DNA of 64,000 nt, taken from assembly GCA_028023455.1 (NCBI GenBank), contig JAQFVV010000010.1, forward strand, positions 17,174,001-17,238,000, written 5' to 3'. Shown piece after piece: positions 52,376 to 63,456 of this stretch. Origin of the DNA: Epiperipatus broadwayi. Taxonomy: Eukaryota; Animalia; Onychophora. A program made the position numbers and the translations under genes. How positions within the stretch are numbered: the stretch's first letter is position 1; every line of letters begins with the position of its first letter. The notes beneath the pieces are model-generated. The model was not told the origin of the DNA. It did not search any database and saw only the letters and a program-made list of their open reading frames with translations.

Positions 52376-53035
52376 TTTTTTTGTTTCTGTTTTGCTTGGT
52401 AGCTTTTTATTTTCTTTTGTATTTTATGAAATAATAAAAAAAAACTCTGTTATTAGTTGTTCATACTATTTGTCAATTAAAATTTTGGGAAAAAAAAAAC
52501 TGATTATATTCTTGTAGTTTAAAGGGGGGGGGGGAGATACTATTTATTTATAAGTTTGAAAATTTTTAACCCCTCTCAATTGTATTATTATTATTTCAAT
52601 AAAACTACACACATAATACTATTTTTTTTCTTTCATAATATTGTGTCATTTAAGAAAAAAAAGCCTACAATTTCATTGAAATATCATAACAGTTAATTGA
52701 AAATTAATACACATTTAATTATTTCTCCACCCAAAAAGAACATAGGCATATTATTTTCCTTCAATTTTATTTACAAATTTATAAAATACAAAAAAAAAAA
52801 AATCCTTACTTATTCCATTTATCACTTAGTCTCTTCAATAATTTTTAGTGATTCTTCCTGCTAAGAAAAATTGTTCCAGAACATAAAACACAATAAATCA
52901 GTATCTTATTCCTATTTACTTCTTTCTTTTAATTAAGGGGTTATGAACACAGACTTTTAAGCTTCCTTCAGATATTCTCTCCATCTTATATAATCTTACA
53001 CATTTCCACACATATGTGAATAAGCTAAATGATTT

Positions 53036-53078
53036 CCAATATGCATTTTTTTGTACTGAACCAGCACTCATCAGTAGG
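53036..53078 (-). ncRNA. Degenerate hammerhead ribozyme motif, same family as 61535
   Basis: CCTA-CTGATGA-GTGC-TGGTTCA-GTAC-(G>A)AAA...ATGCAT-A-TTGG. Loss of G12 fits CpG decay. Downstream sequence is homologous to 61580-61640. Confidence 0.6.
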
Positions 53079-54970
53079 TTCCTTTATTTTTTACAAAAAA
53101 ATATGGGATTTACTTTTTTTTTTTTAAATTAATTGACAGTAACAATGTCCCACTAAATTTTCATTTATTTGTTTGAAGGTACAATTTTCAAACTAACTTC
53201 AGTTTATAGGAGGCAAAATTAAAATATTATATTCAACCACAAAGCTAAACTGTGAAAAACAATAAAGCTGAGAAAATATAATCATTGTATAAATAATAAA
53301 ATTTTAAAAATGTAATATTTTAAAAATTATTAATTTTATATTTGTTTATAAATTTTCATAGATAAATATTGAAATCTATATTTTAATAACACTATATTTG
53401 TCATAAAATTAAGATTAAAATGATGTATAAAAATATTTATTTATCATAGCTCATATAACTAATTTTTAAAAATAAAAATATTTTGATACATGAGCTAAAT
53501 ATAAGATTATGTAAAAATTTATTCTCATATATATATATATATTGGTGTCACTAAAAGGTTTTGTGAGCCTCTATTTCACGATGCTTCTGCTGATGAAGCA
53601 GCAAACATTTTATCATGTTATTCTACAATTAAGCTATTTGACAGTGTAAAATTAAGTTCAATGTAAGCATAATGAATGAGAATCTTCTATATGTACTCAC
53701 ATTAATATATATATATTCTGTAAAAATCATGTATCAGCATCATTGTAACACTGCTTTGTAGAATCACTTGAAGACTGTTCTATAAAATGGATACATCTTC
53801 CCCATATACAATTTTTACAAATGTTCTTTTTTATACTGTTCAAAATCCGTAAATTTTTTAATACAAGTACAAATAAATTATTCCCCAATAGAACATACTA
53901 TTATTGTTTACTATAATACTTGAATAATATCTCAAAACAGCAGACACTACAAGTATACCACAATTGATCAAAACTTATTTTTAACCAACAGTTTAAGCAA
54001 AATCTGTAGAGCATATACAAAGACTGATTGCTTCTAGTATAGTAAAAAAAATTGCATAATAAAAAAAATGCTTAGCTACATCCTGAAAGGAATTTAAATA
54101 AAGATTTGTAATGATTTATACAGTTATAGTGAAAAAAAAAGAAAAATCATTAAAGTTTAAACATGACCTGAGAAATCATATAATTCTTATGTAAAATCTA
54201 ATATGGCATTTTATAGGAAAATGTATAATGATAGAAAAAATTATTTGTAACAATATTATTCAAACTATGATATGTACACTTTAAGGGCACAAGAAAACAT
54301 GTAATGAGATATAATTAAAAAATTCACTAATGTACTGACGAAGAGTTTTATTTTTCATTATTTTATAGAAATTGCTTTAAATATTGAAATTTTTTTATAA
54401 AAATAATCTGTTAGGGCAAAAGAAATGTTAATTTATTTTTCCATCATATTTATCTTTTGTTTTGAAGCAGCAGTAATATTGTTTATACTGATACATGCCA
54501 TAATCTTATCAAACTCTTTTCTCATTCTAAGCTTAATATTTAATTATTAACAAAAGATATACACTTTAAATATCTAAAATTTAAATATACTATATCAAAT
54601 GTAAATTGGGAAACATTTTACATATTTATCTTGTAAATATTCATATACAGGTAAATTAATTACAATAAGATGTGCTATAATGAATATAGTTGATTCTAGA
54701 ATATCCTTCAGAAGCAACCATAACAATCAAAATACAAATACAAATTCAGTAATATAAAGCAAAAATAATAGAAAAGTAATTTATTTGACTTTCATATAGA
54801 GTACATGTAAATTTAAAAAGCATCATTATTTCCCTAGTGAAGATTACATAAAAGCTATATCATATTCAGCATTAAGAACTCTTACACCTTTTTACTATCT
54901 CACTTTAAGAGTCTTTCTTTCTTAATGTCTAAATTAATTGTTTTTCTCATTCTATTTTGTCAGCTAACAG

Positions 54971-55208
54971 CTAAAATTACATATGTAGCAAAATACATAA
55001 TTAAAAAGAAAAATGCCATGCTGAAGGCACAAATAAACAGGAAATTAAGCTAAATTGATAAGTGAATTTTACAAACTATACCAAATTCTAAAATTACATA
55101 TGTAGCAAAATACATAATTAAAAAAAAAGAAGTCATGCTGAAGGCACAAATAAACAGGTAATTAAGCTAAATTGATAAGTGAATTTTACAAACTAAACCA
55201 AATTCTAA
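54971..55208 (+). repeat. 117-bp tandem duplication
   Basis: ctaaaattacatatgtagc...caaattcta starts at 54971 and 55088 and the copies are near-identical. Confidence 0.95.
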
Positions 55209-55944
55209 TCAAAGTAAAAATACCCATGTAAACATTGTGCAAATGTATATGCTACTTTGACAATAATATTCCTCCACATTCATCAAAGCTACTGTGCTTG
55301 TCATAAAATCTTAATTTCAAAAAATGTACAATATAACATTTGTTCATTATAGCATCATACATTGTAGCATAGTCTAGAGTACTTAATTAAATACTAATAA
55401 TATTGGGTGAACATAGGTACACATTATATCTGAGGATATGTAAACAAAACATTTGAATATCACTGGTTTAATATAGTAAATATATCCCTCCTATACAATT
55501 ATTTGATTATTAAATCTAGTGATACTTTAAAAAAAAAAAATTAATCATGGAAAATGCTCAACTGCTTATTCAAATATTACTAAATACATCAGCATTTGTT
55601 TTTGTATAAGTATATAGAAATTTCATTGTAAGAATTATATAAAGAACCAAAACAAACCTGACTTTTCATACAAAAAATTTACTGTCTATTGTTCACATAT
55701 TCATTGCTCATATCTTGATTATTAAATGGTAAAAAATTGATGATCTGATATTTTTACAAATCACAATAGGTTAATCATTTCATAGGACATAAAAATTGAT
55801 CTAATTCATAATGTACAGAATAATTTAAAATAACCAATGAGTTTAATTGTGTTACAAAAAAATAATAATAATAATTTTTTGATTTGGTAAGATTTTAATT
55901 TAATAAATGCTTCTCTTTTGTTTTTACATTCATGTGCATATGTT

Positions 55945-56499
55945 AACATGATCACCATTTCTTATGCTAGCACATAACTGTTATTAAAACAAGTAAAATT
56001 CTCCATACAGTATTGCATTACACTGGTTGGCACTACTATGGGGAGTACGCCTGTTTTAATAACAGTTATGTGCGAGTATAAGAAATGATGATCATGTGAT
56101 GTTTGGTGGTTTAACACCAATTCTGTCTAAGAGAAGAGTGGTGGCTATGGTTGTTAAAGAGCCAAAGACACCAAAATGTATGGGTACTGAATTGAGTTTA
56201 GACCCACATGACTATATAAACTATTGAGCTTAGATTGAAAATATTAGGTTTTCAATTTTATTCTCATAGTTAAGTAGAGATAAAAGGTGGTTGCTAGAGG
56301 GTTGCATTAGATTCTAAGATCTATGTGCAGTGCTCTCAGATCCAAGGCTCCTCACTGAAGAAGGCCACAAACCAGAAACTATTCTGGAGATATAGGCACT
56401 AGATGGGGATTTTATGCACAAGCCTTCTGGAATTCATTGATTACTCTGGTTGCCACTGAGTGGCACTACTGTATGGAGAGTTTTGCCTGTTTTAATATA
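55945..56499 (+). mobile_element. Penelope-like/retrozyme-like insertion: short inverted arm plus ~1.1 copies of a 433-bp monomer with a decayed hammerhead
   Basis: 55945-56013 is inverted relative to ~56029-56097. ggcactact..tgg.gag..gcctgttttaata recurs at 56029 and 56462. The hammerhead motif at 56349-56390 has GUC mutated to UUC. A candidate 8-bp TSD CATATGTT lies at 55937-55944 and 56500-56507. Confidence 0.8.
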
Positions 56500-58199
56500 C
56501 ATATGTTCTTTTCTCAAATGCAAGTTGAAATTATTATTGCATAAATAGATATATTAGCAAAAACAAATTAACAACAATAGCTTTTCCCAAACAAAAGGGT
56601 TTGCTTCCCTTAAAACTCATCATAATTCAAAAATTTTGTATAAAAAAAAAAAAAGTTAATTATATTGCTTTCTTACAGGAAAAAAAAATTAACTCATTCT
56701 CATAGATTCAAAAGATATCATAAACTTTAAATATCTTATTTGAAAAAAAAAAATATATAAAAATATAATAAATAATTAATAGACATTTTATTAAATGATT
56801 TTAATTAAAAATGCTATTCTGTTGTAAAAGTAGTCCTATAAACTGTTTAATTATAAGCACAATATAATATTTTTAATATTAATTTTAAACATATTATAAA
56901 ATGAAGTAGTCATATTAATGAAAATGATTTTGAGGACTACATTGCAAATCCGATTAATAAAAATAAAGCAAGTTAAGAATGGAAATTAAATTAGGTATAT
57001 TTTTGTTGTTATTTTATATATACTTCATGCATTACATAATCAATTTATAATTATATACTTTTTTTTTGTTGCTAAAGTGAAATGTTATCAAAAAAATATA
57101 TTTACCTATATTGCTCTAATAAATTTATTAAAATAAAAATAAAGTAAAAAAAAAGATATATTAATTAATATAATAATTTTCTAATTTATTTTTCTGCATT
57201 ATATTATATAATTAAGATTTCTTAAAATTATGTAGCAATAATTTTTTGGGGTGATATTATTCATATTTATAATAAAAAAAACATGGTTTTGCAAATCTAT
57301 TTTTACAAAGATATTATTAAATAAAAATTAAGTAAGTAAATCATATTTCAACTAATGTAATATACAATTTTGTAATTTATTTTTAGATAATTTGTTAATA
57401 TACAAATTATGGCTCAATTTATTTTTGGCAAAAAAAAATTATATAAATAACGAAAGATGTGTTACTTTGAAATTCTGTTATTATAAATTGATTTTTAAAA
57501 ATTAGATAAGTAAATCATATTTTAGCTCATATTTATATACATATTTCAATTTATTTTTGATGTACTTTATTACTACCACGTTTCTTAATTATATAATGAA
57601 TAAACCAATGTTTTTTTTTTTGTAAAAATATGTTACATTTATAATAGAAAAATGTTATTTTGCAATTCCATTTTTATGAAATTGTTAAATAAAGATTAGG
57701 TAAGGAAATTTTATTGTGCTATTGTAATATATTTATTTTTCAACTTATTTTTGATGCAGTTTATTATTGTAGACAATTTTTAATTATGTAATGAAATGCT
57801 TCTACTTTTCTTGACAAAAATCTTGCCATTTTATCTTATGAGAATCATATCATTCACTCACTTTAGTACTAAAATATTGCAATAAAATGGCGAACATTTA
57901 ATAAGATGTGGTTATTTTTAAAAATAATGCTTGTTTATTTTTGAAGTAACAGATACAAACTGATAAAGTCCTTGTACAAGAGGATAAAACTGTGTAGCAT
58001 ATGTTAATATATGCAAAAAGAATGACATAAATGTACATAAAACTGCAATGAAAAATAGTATTAAAATTTTATTAATTCTTTTTGCTGATTGATAAAAAAT
58101 CAAGTCATATGACCTAATTTTAATAAAGCTCCTATTTACAAATGTTATATATAGAGTAAGTTAAAAACAAACTCTTATGAAGCTTCAAAAATACCCTCA

Positions 58200-58241
58200 A
58201 CCTCAGACCGCGGTTTCTGCCTCTAGCGTCATCAGTGAGGT
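58200..58241 (-). ncRNA. Minimal type I hammerhead ribozyme, core intact
   Basis: ACCUCA-CUGAUGA-C-GC-UAGAG-GC-A-GAAAC-CGCG-GUC-UGAGGU. Helix I has 6 perfect pairs, helix III is the palindrome ACCGCGGU, the cleavage triplet is GUC, and stem II is short. Confidence 0.85.
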
Positions 58242-58971
58242 GCTAGGGAATAAAAATACTAGAACTAGTCCAGCATTTTATCAATGCCTAACTATTGAGA
58301 AGAAAATCTGAAACTTTCAGACATTTAAATGTCCAAAAATCCAGCTATCTAACTCAAATAGCTACATAACAAAAAAATAAAATGGCTTCACATTTTGATT
58401 TTTTCTTCATATATTTTTATAGAAACTATCAATACATATTTTTTAGCATGCAACTACTTTCCTTTTTTTAATTTTTACCATACTTATTCCAGTCACTTAG
58501 ATTTATGTAAAACGTCTTATGCTATAGATCCCTTCTATCATGTCTGTGAAAATAGGATTGTGTGTCTGCTTCATCACAAGTCCAATCTTTAACTATATAC
58601 ATAACAATTCTGACTATATTGTTTATTTCTTTTGTAGAGAACTTAACTTTAATTTTTTTATTTTTTTTTTTAGAGTTAAAATTGTTAAACTCATTTGAAA
58701 ATATATGTTAATAAAATATGGAATTCTTTTTATTATGATGGAGATTAAGACAATAAGATTTAATTAAAATACTGTCTGCAAATTACACAATTCACATAGT
58801 GATAAGTTCAGTAACAAATTGGTAAACTTAACAGATTTATCTTTAAGCATCACATGGTCACATTTCCTATACTAGCACATTAATTGTTGACAAACAGAGC
58901 AAAACAGAGTAATCAATGGATGCCAGAAGGCTTGTGCATAAAATCCCTATCTAATGCCTACTCATCCAATA

Positions 58972-59013
58972 TCCCCAGACTAGTTTCTGGCTTGTGGCCT
59001 TCGTCAGTGAGGA
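58972..59013 (-). ncRNA. Minimal type I hammerhead ribozyme (left arm)
   Basis: UCCUCA-CUGACGA-A-GGC-CACAA-GCC-A-GAAAC-UA-GUC-UGGGGA on the minus strand. Confidence 0.85.
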
Positions 59014-59408
59014 GCTTTGGATCTGAGAGCACTGCATCTAGATCTTAGGATCTAATGCAACCCTCTAGCAACCACCTTTTATCTCTACTTAACTACAAAA
59101 CTATGAGAATGAAATTGAAAACACAAAAAATATTTTCAATCTAAGCTCAATAGTTTATATAGTCATATGGGTCTGAACTCAGTTCAGCACCCATACATTT
59201 TGGTGTCTTTGGCTCTTTTACAACCATAGCCACCAGTATCCTATTAGGCAGGATTGGTGTTAATCCAGCTATTGAGCTTAGATTGAAAATATTTTTTGTG
59301 TTTTCAATTTCATTCTCATAGTTTTGTAGTTAAGTAGAGATAAAAGGTGGTTGCTAGAGGGTTGCATTCGATCCTAAAATCTAGATGCAGTGCTCTCAGA
59401 TCCAAAGT

Positions 59409-59450
59409 TCCTCACTGACGAAGGCCACAAGCCAGAAACTAGTCTGGGGA
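59409..59450 (+). ncRNA. Minimal type I hammerhead ribozyme (right arm)
   Basis: Same sequence as the left-arm copy. Helix I UCCUCA/UGGGGA gives 6 pairs including one G-U, and helix III is the palindrome ACUAGU. Predicted cleavage after C59444. Confidence 0.85.
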
Positions 59451-60771
59451 TATTGGATGAGTAGGCATTAGATAGGGATTTTATGCACAAGCCTTCTGGC
59501 ATCCATTGATTACTCTGTTTAGCACAGGTGGCAATACTGTATGGAGAGTTTTGCTCTGTTTGTCAGATTTATCTTTAAAAGCTAACATTGAAACTATTTA
59601 GCACAAGATGATGTATATATAGAGTTTATATTTAAAATAATAAAAGGAAACCACTTACTGTCAAAAAATTAAATTTTATTTACAGAAATGAAAAATAAGC
59701 TATACATGAGTAAACTAAATATTTCAAAAGATTTTCAGATGAACTGCCAAATATTTCAGATTTTTTTACCTGTTAACTGATTACAAAAAATATGAATAAA
59801 TAATTAATGAATGAATAAATAAATAACTATTAAATAAATGACTCATTTATAATTAATTTCCATTACATATCTTGAATATTTAAATTTGTGCTTCCATGTC
59901 ATTAAAGTCATTTACTTTTTAGAGAATTTTGAAATTTTCAAAATTGTGCATGTTAGAATATGGATTATTTTGAAATTTTACTTTTAAAATGTTTTTATTA
60001 ATATAATGCTTGATTTATTTTTTTTAATCAATTCTTACTATTTCAAAATTCTGTTATGCAATGATTTATATATTGCCTTATACATTTACTATTAAGTTGT
60101 TTTGTTGGACATTTTAACAACTTCTAAATACTTAAGCACTGGACTTCTGAGTTCAGATGAAAAGATATACATTAATAAATACAAAGTAATTAATTGCATT
60201 GAACCAGCTTTTAGAAAAACATTGCCAGAATCATAGTGCTTAAGAATTATAGTTTTATGAAAAGAGTTAATTACTAAGTTGAGATTTACAACTTCTAAAT
60301 TGTATTTCTATGTTACTTAAACTAGAATAGCTCTCAATTTATTTTTTAGAACGTGTACATTAAGATGATTTATTTATTAATATTTTATTTACAAATAAAT
60401 ACTCTCTTTTTAACAAGTTTTGAATAATTGCACAGGTAAAATAGAACTAAACATTTATTCATATATAAATAAACAATTATGCCAAGTAATTTAAAATTTT
60501 GCTTTCAAGTCTTTTATTAGCAAGGGTTGAATTATTTTTTAGTCTGTTTTCTTTTATCTATTATGTTTCCACACAATAATTATTGAATGAGATTATTTTC
60601 ATACAACAGTGAAGTCAAAGAGTAACTTCTCAAAATTTTTTCTTAGAAGCCCAACTAAAAAGTTTTTATTTTTGAATGAAAATAACTTTATTTTTCAATT
60701 TGGATAATGAATATATAGATTTAAATGTACTTTAATGCTTAACCTTATATTATTTAATAAAATGCTTCTTA

Positions 60772-61122
60772 TCAGAAGTATATTCTCTTATTCTTCTCTT
60801 TTACTTTTTTTGTATATCTTCATATATTCTTCTATATATATTTCTTATAATACTTCTTTCATATACACTACAATGCAAACAAATTTCCTTAAAAAACTTC
60901 TTTGTTTCCCTTACAGCTTCGACTGTCCAGCAGTCATTATCGGAGCTTATCAAACTTCCTCTGCTTTAAAAGTAAAAGGTTACTTTTAAAGCAGAGGAAG
61001 TTTAATAAGCTCTGATGAAGACTGCTGGACAGTCGAAACTGTAAGGAAAATAAAAAATTTTAAGAAAATTTGTTTGCATTGAAGTATATATGAAAGACGT
61101 ATTATAAGAAATATATATATAT
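60772..61122. mobile_element. Palindromic insertion with hammerhead-like motif and 11-bp TSD
   Basis: ~145-bp inverted arms around an apex at ~60974-60980. AATGCTTCTTA occurs at 60761-60771 and 61123-61133. The right arm has CTGATGA-A-GACTG-CTGGA-CAGTC-GAAAC-T-GTA (61012-61043), but helix I has only 2 pairs. The left-arm core is mutated. Confidence 0.85.
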
Positions 61123-61348
61123 AATGCTTCTTAGGAATCAATATATTAACACTTATTTATATTGTTTCTATGAAAATGTTTTGTTTTTTTATTATAAATT
61201 TATTACCTGTCATCTCATTATAGTTTCAATTAGTTATGAATATTAAAAAAAAAAACTACTTTATATAAAATTTAAAACAGTACAAACAGATAATATCAAA
61301 TTAATTTCCATTTTAAATAAGAATTTTTTTTAAAATAAAAGTATTTAT

Positions 61349-61661
61349 AATTAACTTATCCATTTAGTATACTGAATGTTTACTATATTAAATAGAGGGA
61401 TTTAAACTTAGGATTTTCAGTCTATTTTCATCCTCCACTCCATCTCAAATAACAGCTACACATTACTACACACATGAGCAAAAAATAAATGATCCCCAAT
61501 ACACGTGCAGAACCAGCAAAAGATTATGATCTGGTCCAACTGATGAATGCTGGTTCTGCATGAAATATGTATATTGGGAATTATTTGTCTTTTTCACATG
61601 TGTGTGATCATATAGTAAAGGAAGAATATAGACTAAAAATCCTAAGTTCAAATCCTCTATT
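61349..61661. mobile_element. Palindromic insertion with intact hammerhead and 13-bp TSD
   Basis: ~61385-61520 is inverted relative to ~61545-61661. TAAAAGTATTTAT occurs at 61336-61348 and 61662-61674. Confidence 0.8.
61535..61578 (+). ncRNA. Type I hammerhead ribozyme with canonical core
   Basis: UCCAA-CUGAUGA-AUGC-UGGUUCU-GCAU-GAAA-UAUGUA-UA-UUGGG. Stem II has 4 bp, helix III 3 bp and helix I 5 bp. The triplet is AUA, with predicted cleavage after A61573. Confidence 0.85.
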
Positions 61662-62059
61662 TAAAAGTATTTATCTTTCTTGTTTTGTTTTTATTCCATA
61701 CTATCATACACATACTTGGAGAAATAGAGATAATTTTCATTTTTATTTAAACTTTTTCTTTAAAACATTTTAAAATTAAAATCACATTAATAACTTTTTA
61801 AAAGTGAAATATAAAATACATTTCCAACATATACTTATTATACAAAACTAAAAAAAAAAAAGATTATTTTGTGATTAGCTGTTCAGTTCTGTTGTATAGC
61901 TAAAATATCTATTGGGAAGTAATTACCTAATTCACTGATTAAACTCATATTATAATGTATAATACATATATTAAAAGCACATCTTTGAAAGAAAAAAAGA
62001 TGTAATGACTAATATACATATTATATATATATCATATTAAATTATAGGCAAGACACTAT

Positions 62060-62300
62060 CCAAAAATCATTTGCAGACATAGTCTTCAATTGTTCCTATC
62101 TCCTTTAAATACTCATATATCAAATTTTTCATTTTTTTTTTTTTATCAGCCTTTACAATTATCTTCAAAATAAACTTCTTAATTAATAACATGCCTACCC
62201 AATTTAGTCACTTTCCTAATTTCCACAATATCAATTCTTTTCTTACTTATTCTCTATTATTTCCAAAATCAGTCTTCAATAACAACAACAAAATTTCTAA
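62060..62300 (-). mobile_element. Decayed RTE-clade LINE 3' fragment
   Basis: Across frameshifts the minus strand gives EIRK..LNWVG/HVI..ILKIIV..YEYLKEI, the RTE C-terminal pattern. Confidence 0.45.
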
Positions 62301-62988
62301 CAAATTAAAAAAAAACAACAATGCCCCAAAAGAATACTTACACTGAAAATACAATAAAACTTACTTGAAAAATAATAACCATGAATGTTCCAATTTAATA
62401 TATATATATTAAAGAAAATTAATTTTTAAACTTAATCCATATCTTAAGAGTATAAATAATATAAAGATTTATTAATTCTCTAAGATTTATAACTGATTTA
62501 CTAACTTGCAAGGTTACAAGGCAGTTTTGTAACGTGATACAATGATTCAACTTATTAGAAATTACTATTTTATGGTAAAATTACATTTTCAAACACACAT
62601 TTAAAGAAGTAAAACAAAAATAATTTTAAAATGATTTTTTTATCTAGAGTCTTTTGTCATGTGTATCATTATTAGTAGCTTCAGATCTTTCTAATGCTAC
62701 TAAAATTCAGGTACAAAGTTCATTTTAAAAAATCCAAGCATTGAATTTTCTTTGACTGCTTAGTTGACAGTTGAAATATTTCACATTTGGAAGAAAATAT
62801 TGATCAATGTTGTTTTCTGGTTAGAACACATGAAAATTTTATATAGCAATACCACACACAAAAAAGCAATACTGCACAAAATTTTCATATTCCTGGTAAT
62901 TAAGTTCAAATGAATGTGTTTTTTTAGAAAAATAAAATAAATTTGATTTTTATTATTCTACGGATTACTTACAAAAAAATATTATAAT

Positions 62989-63456
62989 GGAAAGTGAGAG
63001 TATTCATTTGTAGTTAAAATCCACAAAGCACATACGCATTAGCTTAATGGCTGATTGTTATTATTTACAGTTTAAAAAAACATAGCGCTATATAAAATAA
63101 ATATCTTATTTACATATGTTTAATTTCAACTAAGAATGACGTATCGTAAATTCTGGTAAATTTCACAAGCATCATTCATTCAGGCATAGTAAAGGTAATT
63201 TAAAATGATTGTTTAATACCTTCACACTCTCATTTTCAAATGCTTAAGATTTGCCCATACTTAAACGTTTGGGTTGAAAGGATAGATGATTCACTCTATC
63301 TTTTCACAAAGATTTTATCTTGTGTTTGGAAAGTGAGAGTATTCATTTATAGTTAAAATCCACAAAGTGAATGTGCATTAGCATAATGGCTGATTATTAC
63401 TATTTACAATTTAAAAAAACACTGTGCTATATAAAATAAATATCTTATTTACATAT
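62989..63456 (+). repeat. ~128-bp direct repeats 339 bp apart with an internal hairpin
   Basis: ggaaagtgagagtattcattt...atcttatttacatat at 62989-63117 and 63328-63456. Internal stem gaaaggataga/tctatcttttc at ~63276-63305. Confidence 0.85.

Larger units (their letters stand above)
58847..59563. mobile_element. 717-bp head-to-head palindromic Penelope-like/retrozyme-like insertion with two hammerheads and a 15-bp TSD
   Basis: The minus-sense arm 58847-59268 is about one monomer and the plus-sense arm is 59269-59563. The arms are near-identical. CAGATTTATCTTTAA occurs at 58832-58846 and 59564-59578. Same family as 55945-56499. Confidence 0.92.

Noticed and set aside
53570-53615. Hammerhead at CTGATGAAGCAGCAAAC, and similar CTGANGA hits at 24251, 39319, 42470, 54336 and 55431
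   Set aside because: No stem II followed by GAAA and UH with a complementary helix I. These are expected chance 7-mers.
62330-62375. Adjacent minus-strand tttcag|T|gtaagt and tttcaa|gtaagt motifs (1-nt exon or recursive splice site)
   Set aside because: Not the AG|GT ratchet consensus, and cannot be supported without RNA data.
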